A stretch of DNA of 55,283 bases, filler included, from Platydemus manokwari (Eukaryota): the NCBI GenBank assembly GCA_037951405.1. It is 5 parts of 5 records of this genome, joined end to end, with 100 filler letters (N's around TTAATTAATTAA, not from the genome) between each part and the next. Parts side by side here need not be neighbours in the genome. Positions count along the whole stretch, not along the records: positions 42,722 to 55,283 come from JBBMOY010082232.1; 4 more parts are not named here. One strand, written 5' to 3'. The notes under the pieces are model-generated. The model did no database searches, had not been told where the DNA came from, and worked only from the letters and a program-made list of their open reading frames with translations. Of the stretch, positions 52,252-55,283 are shown one piece after another (positions within the stretch are counted from its first letter, which is position 1; each line of letters begins with the position of its first letter). Made by a program: the position numbers and the translations under genes.

Positions 52252-55200
52252 ACACTGTTATGATTTGGTATAATAAATTTTAGTTGTTGTAATTCATCCT
52301 TGTCAACCTCTGACTATTGGCGATAGCGTGGCAGATTTGTGAAGTCAAAGTTACTTGTTATCCAATCAAATTGATAATGTTTGTTGAGCACCCAATTACA
52401 TTAATAATATCTTGTCTGGTCTGTAATGTCGTACTTGCGCGTAAGAAGTCATATTTCATAATACTGCGAATATCCACCGAATTTCAACAAAATTTATTTT
52501 TAAAAAAGTTTTTGATTTTTTTCACTTATAATGTTTACTTAACCAAGCGAGAAAGGAAATTTTCATACAAAAAATCAAAACGATAAAATATTAAGCCGTT
52601 GATGATAATTTGTTAAAGTCGATAATATTATTACATAAAATTTTGATCTCGGCAACTTAATATTTACAAAATCACTGATAAATCAATTGCTAATAGTTAT
52701 TGATTTAAATATTGATAGTTATTGTAGTAATAGTTCACAAATTGACTGCATTTGTCGGGCTTCTTATTTGTTATTGTTTATATTCGTCATTGTCGAGACA
52801 GATCCCCAACATTTTATAACAGAGTTGTTTCTTATAATCTCCTCTATTTATTCGAAAGGATTCAATCATAATCCAAAGAATCATTGACTAGTATTTAACG
52901 ATTGAATTTGAGGTTGCTCTTCACCGAAGATTAATCTAAACATATACTACATATAGAATTTAGATAAAATGCAAGCAATTAATAATTGGATAGATAAAAA
53001 AATGCAAGATAAAAGACAAAAATTTTAATCAAATTTATTAACCTTTTAAAATAATTCAAATTTTTAATTAAAATAGACAAATGTTGGTGTTTTAAGCAAA
53101 ACCAAGCTGTTCAGTTTATAAAGAAGCAAGGGCGAATATTTAAAATTATCTGATTAACCTGCTACTTGAAAGGAAGTGAAATATTGGCGAATATTTTCTT
53201 TCGTTTATGAAAATTAATGATTTATTTAATTGATGTTTCTTTTTAATGAGTTTGCAATTATTTATTTATTAATAATATGATTGAAATTAATAAACCCTTA
53301 AATCCTTTTCCACTTGTATACCAATTAAATAAAAAAATGACATCATGCCTGGCAACCGGTATACCGGTGAGCAGATACACATCTTAGTTAAACATATGAA
53401 TATCATGTTCTTATCTTTTCTTGTTAATGTTTTATAGTTAATGTTTTTATTGATGTCAGTTATTTGCTCATTCTGACTCAGGAGCTCAGACAGGAAGATA
53501 AAAATAGATCAGAAACTCAGACCTCAAAAGGTTAATAGTCGAAAAACTCATTTAATTTAATTTTTCATTACTTTCTAAAAACTATATTGAAAATTATCAA
53601 TGTCTTTTTTTTGTTCGAAACGAAATGTTGAAAAAATATTTATTTATTTTGAATTTATTTGTAATTCAAAATTGACGAGTTCCTTTTTTAACTGAATAAC
53701 ACCAATATTGCAGCGGAAATTTAAAAGAATAATTACACTGATAAAATACGAAAATTTATTTATTTATTTATTTTATTTCCGATGGCCTGAGTTCTAATAT
53801 GTTTACTTCTTCAAATTTGGATAACATTGATTTCGTTCAATAAATCTGTAGATAAACAAAAAATATTAATTAGTTATGTCAAGTTTAGAAAAATTATATT
53901 TATCAGTTCATTGAATTATAATTTACTCTTATATGTTGAGATCAATGTTTCGCATAACCCAAACAAATTTTTAACAATCAGCTTTATTTTGTCGAACATA
54001 TTCGTTTGTAACTCTGATGGAAATTTATTTACTAAATTTTTGTTCTGCGATTTTACAATTCTAAATCAATTCTAACAAATAAAATTTAATAAAATACAAG
54101 TATTCGTAATACAGCTTCTCCAGGCTTTTCTTTAAAATTAACTTCTATTGTAATTTTCAAAAACCGCAAAAAATGCAGGAACGCTATTTATCGGCTTTAC
54201 TTGCGTTATTCTGTCATAAGACCTGTTTAAAGCAATGTTGAATTAAATTATATCAATGAATATTTATAGATTCCTTGTATAAATCAATAAGAATAAAAAC
54301 AATTTAGCTTTACTTCATAATACAACGGTTATTAAATAGATGTATTAATAGATCAATAATAAGATAACAGAAATTTTATTTAAACGTAACGTCATTGATT
54401 TTTATCTTCAAGTTGTCTTGACCTAAACGGTAGCCGTAAGAAAAATAGTAATGCCTGGGGTAACTGGAATTAAAAATAAATAGGAGATCCTTAAAATAAA
54501 AATTATAAAAAAATTAAAATTACTAGTTCTGAAAATCTTAAATTTGGTTTGGTTTCCTTTTCCTTTTTCTATCTCTTTTCTGGCTTCATCCGCCATATTT
54601 ATATTGGTTGACTACATGTTGAATGCCAAATTCACACTGCTGATCCAGATTTTTAAGTGACTTTTAAATGTCAACTTCTCGACAACTGCCTCTGTTACCA
54701 TTTTGAATGCAATTTGAAAATTTTTCCTCATAAAAGAATTTGACAACTAATTTCATTTTACTAATATTAACATTATTTATTAATTTGATGTATTAAAAGT
54801 ACTAATATTATTTTTGATTAAACTTGGATTCTCAGACTATTTTTATTTCGAAAATAATTTGTTTTTATAAATGATACATATATGATCCACTAAACTAAAC
54901 ACATCACATCTACATGAATCCACCTTACTGATTTGGTTTACCAATAAAAATAATAAATTCGTGATGCATTATTGTTATGTTCGGTCCTTATATTGTTTAA
55001 TGTACATTTTAAATCTGTATTTGTTACCACTGTTGTCTTAATAAGTCTCAATGAGTTCTTGTTAAGATCTCAGGCGTAATCTACCTTATTTTGTTCATTC
55101 TTCGCTTCGCACAACTTTAATTGAAGAAGACTATAGATGTGGTAACAGTGAAATAAATTATAATTCGATTTTAAATTAATCTCAATAAATTCTATTATCC

Positions 55201-55283
55201 TTGCCACTTACCAGGTTGAGTCAAAAGTTATTCATGTTTTTATGCAGGTATTTTATTAACACAAATTGTTATAACGCTGAACA

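Overview
Very AT-rich eukaryotic genomic DNA. The 45-100 nt introns, NeSL/R5-type retroelements and a TRAF remnant suggest a flatworm such as a planarian (inference). The window is five contigs joined by artificial 100-bp spacers (44N-TTAATTAATTAA-44N). Contig 1 holds a spliced + strand gene of at least 13 coding exons (ATG 3505, running off at the gap at 11500, about 1500 aa or more) that the ORF track shows only in pieces. It encodes a truncated plakin domain (spectrin repeat plus the desmoplakin/plectin-type SH3) fused to a long acidic tail. The tail carries seven 44-aa repeats, each with an LC8/dynein-light-chain-type (S/C/T)Q(T/V)D motif, plus a duplicated ~137-aa block. One clean 231-bp minus-strand exon encoding part of a BRCT domain (TopBP1-like) lies at 42085-42315. 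The rest is mostly decayed mobile DNA: a Gypsy element with 102-bp LTRs, a second Gypsy fragment and a pogo/Tigger fragment lying between Polinton ATPase and DNA polymerase B remnants, a 541-bp TRIM-like mini LTR element, hAT/Buster, mariner DD34D and rosa-like remnants, a Ulp1-protease remnant, an RLE (NeSL/R5-like) LINE, a TRAF MATH pseudogene and a three-copy dispersed repeat. All family calls come from manual motif recognition; no database search was run.
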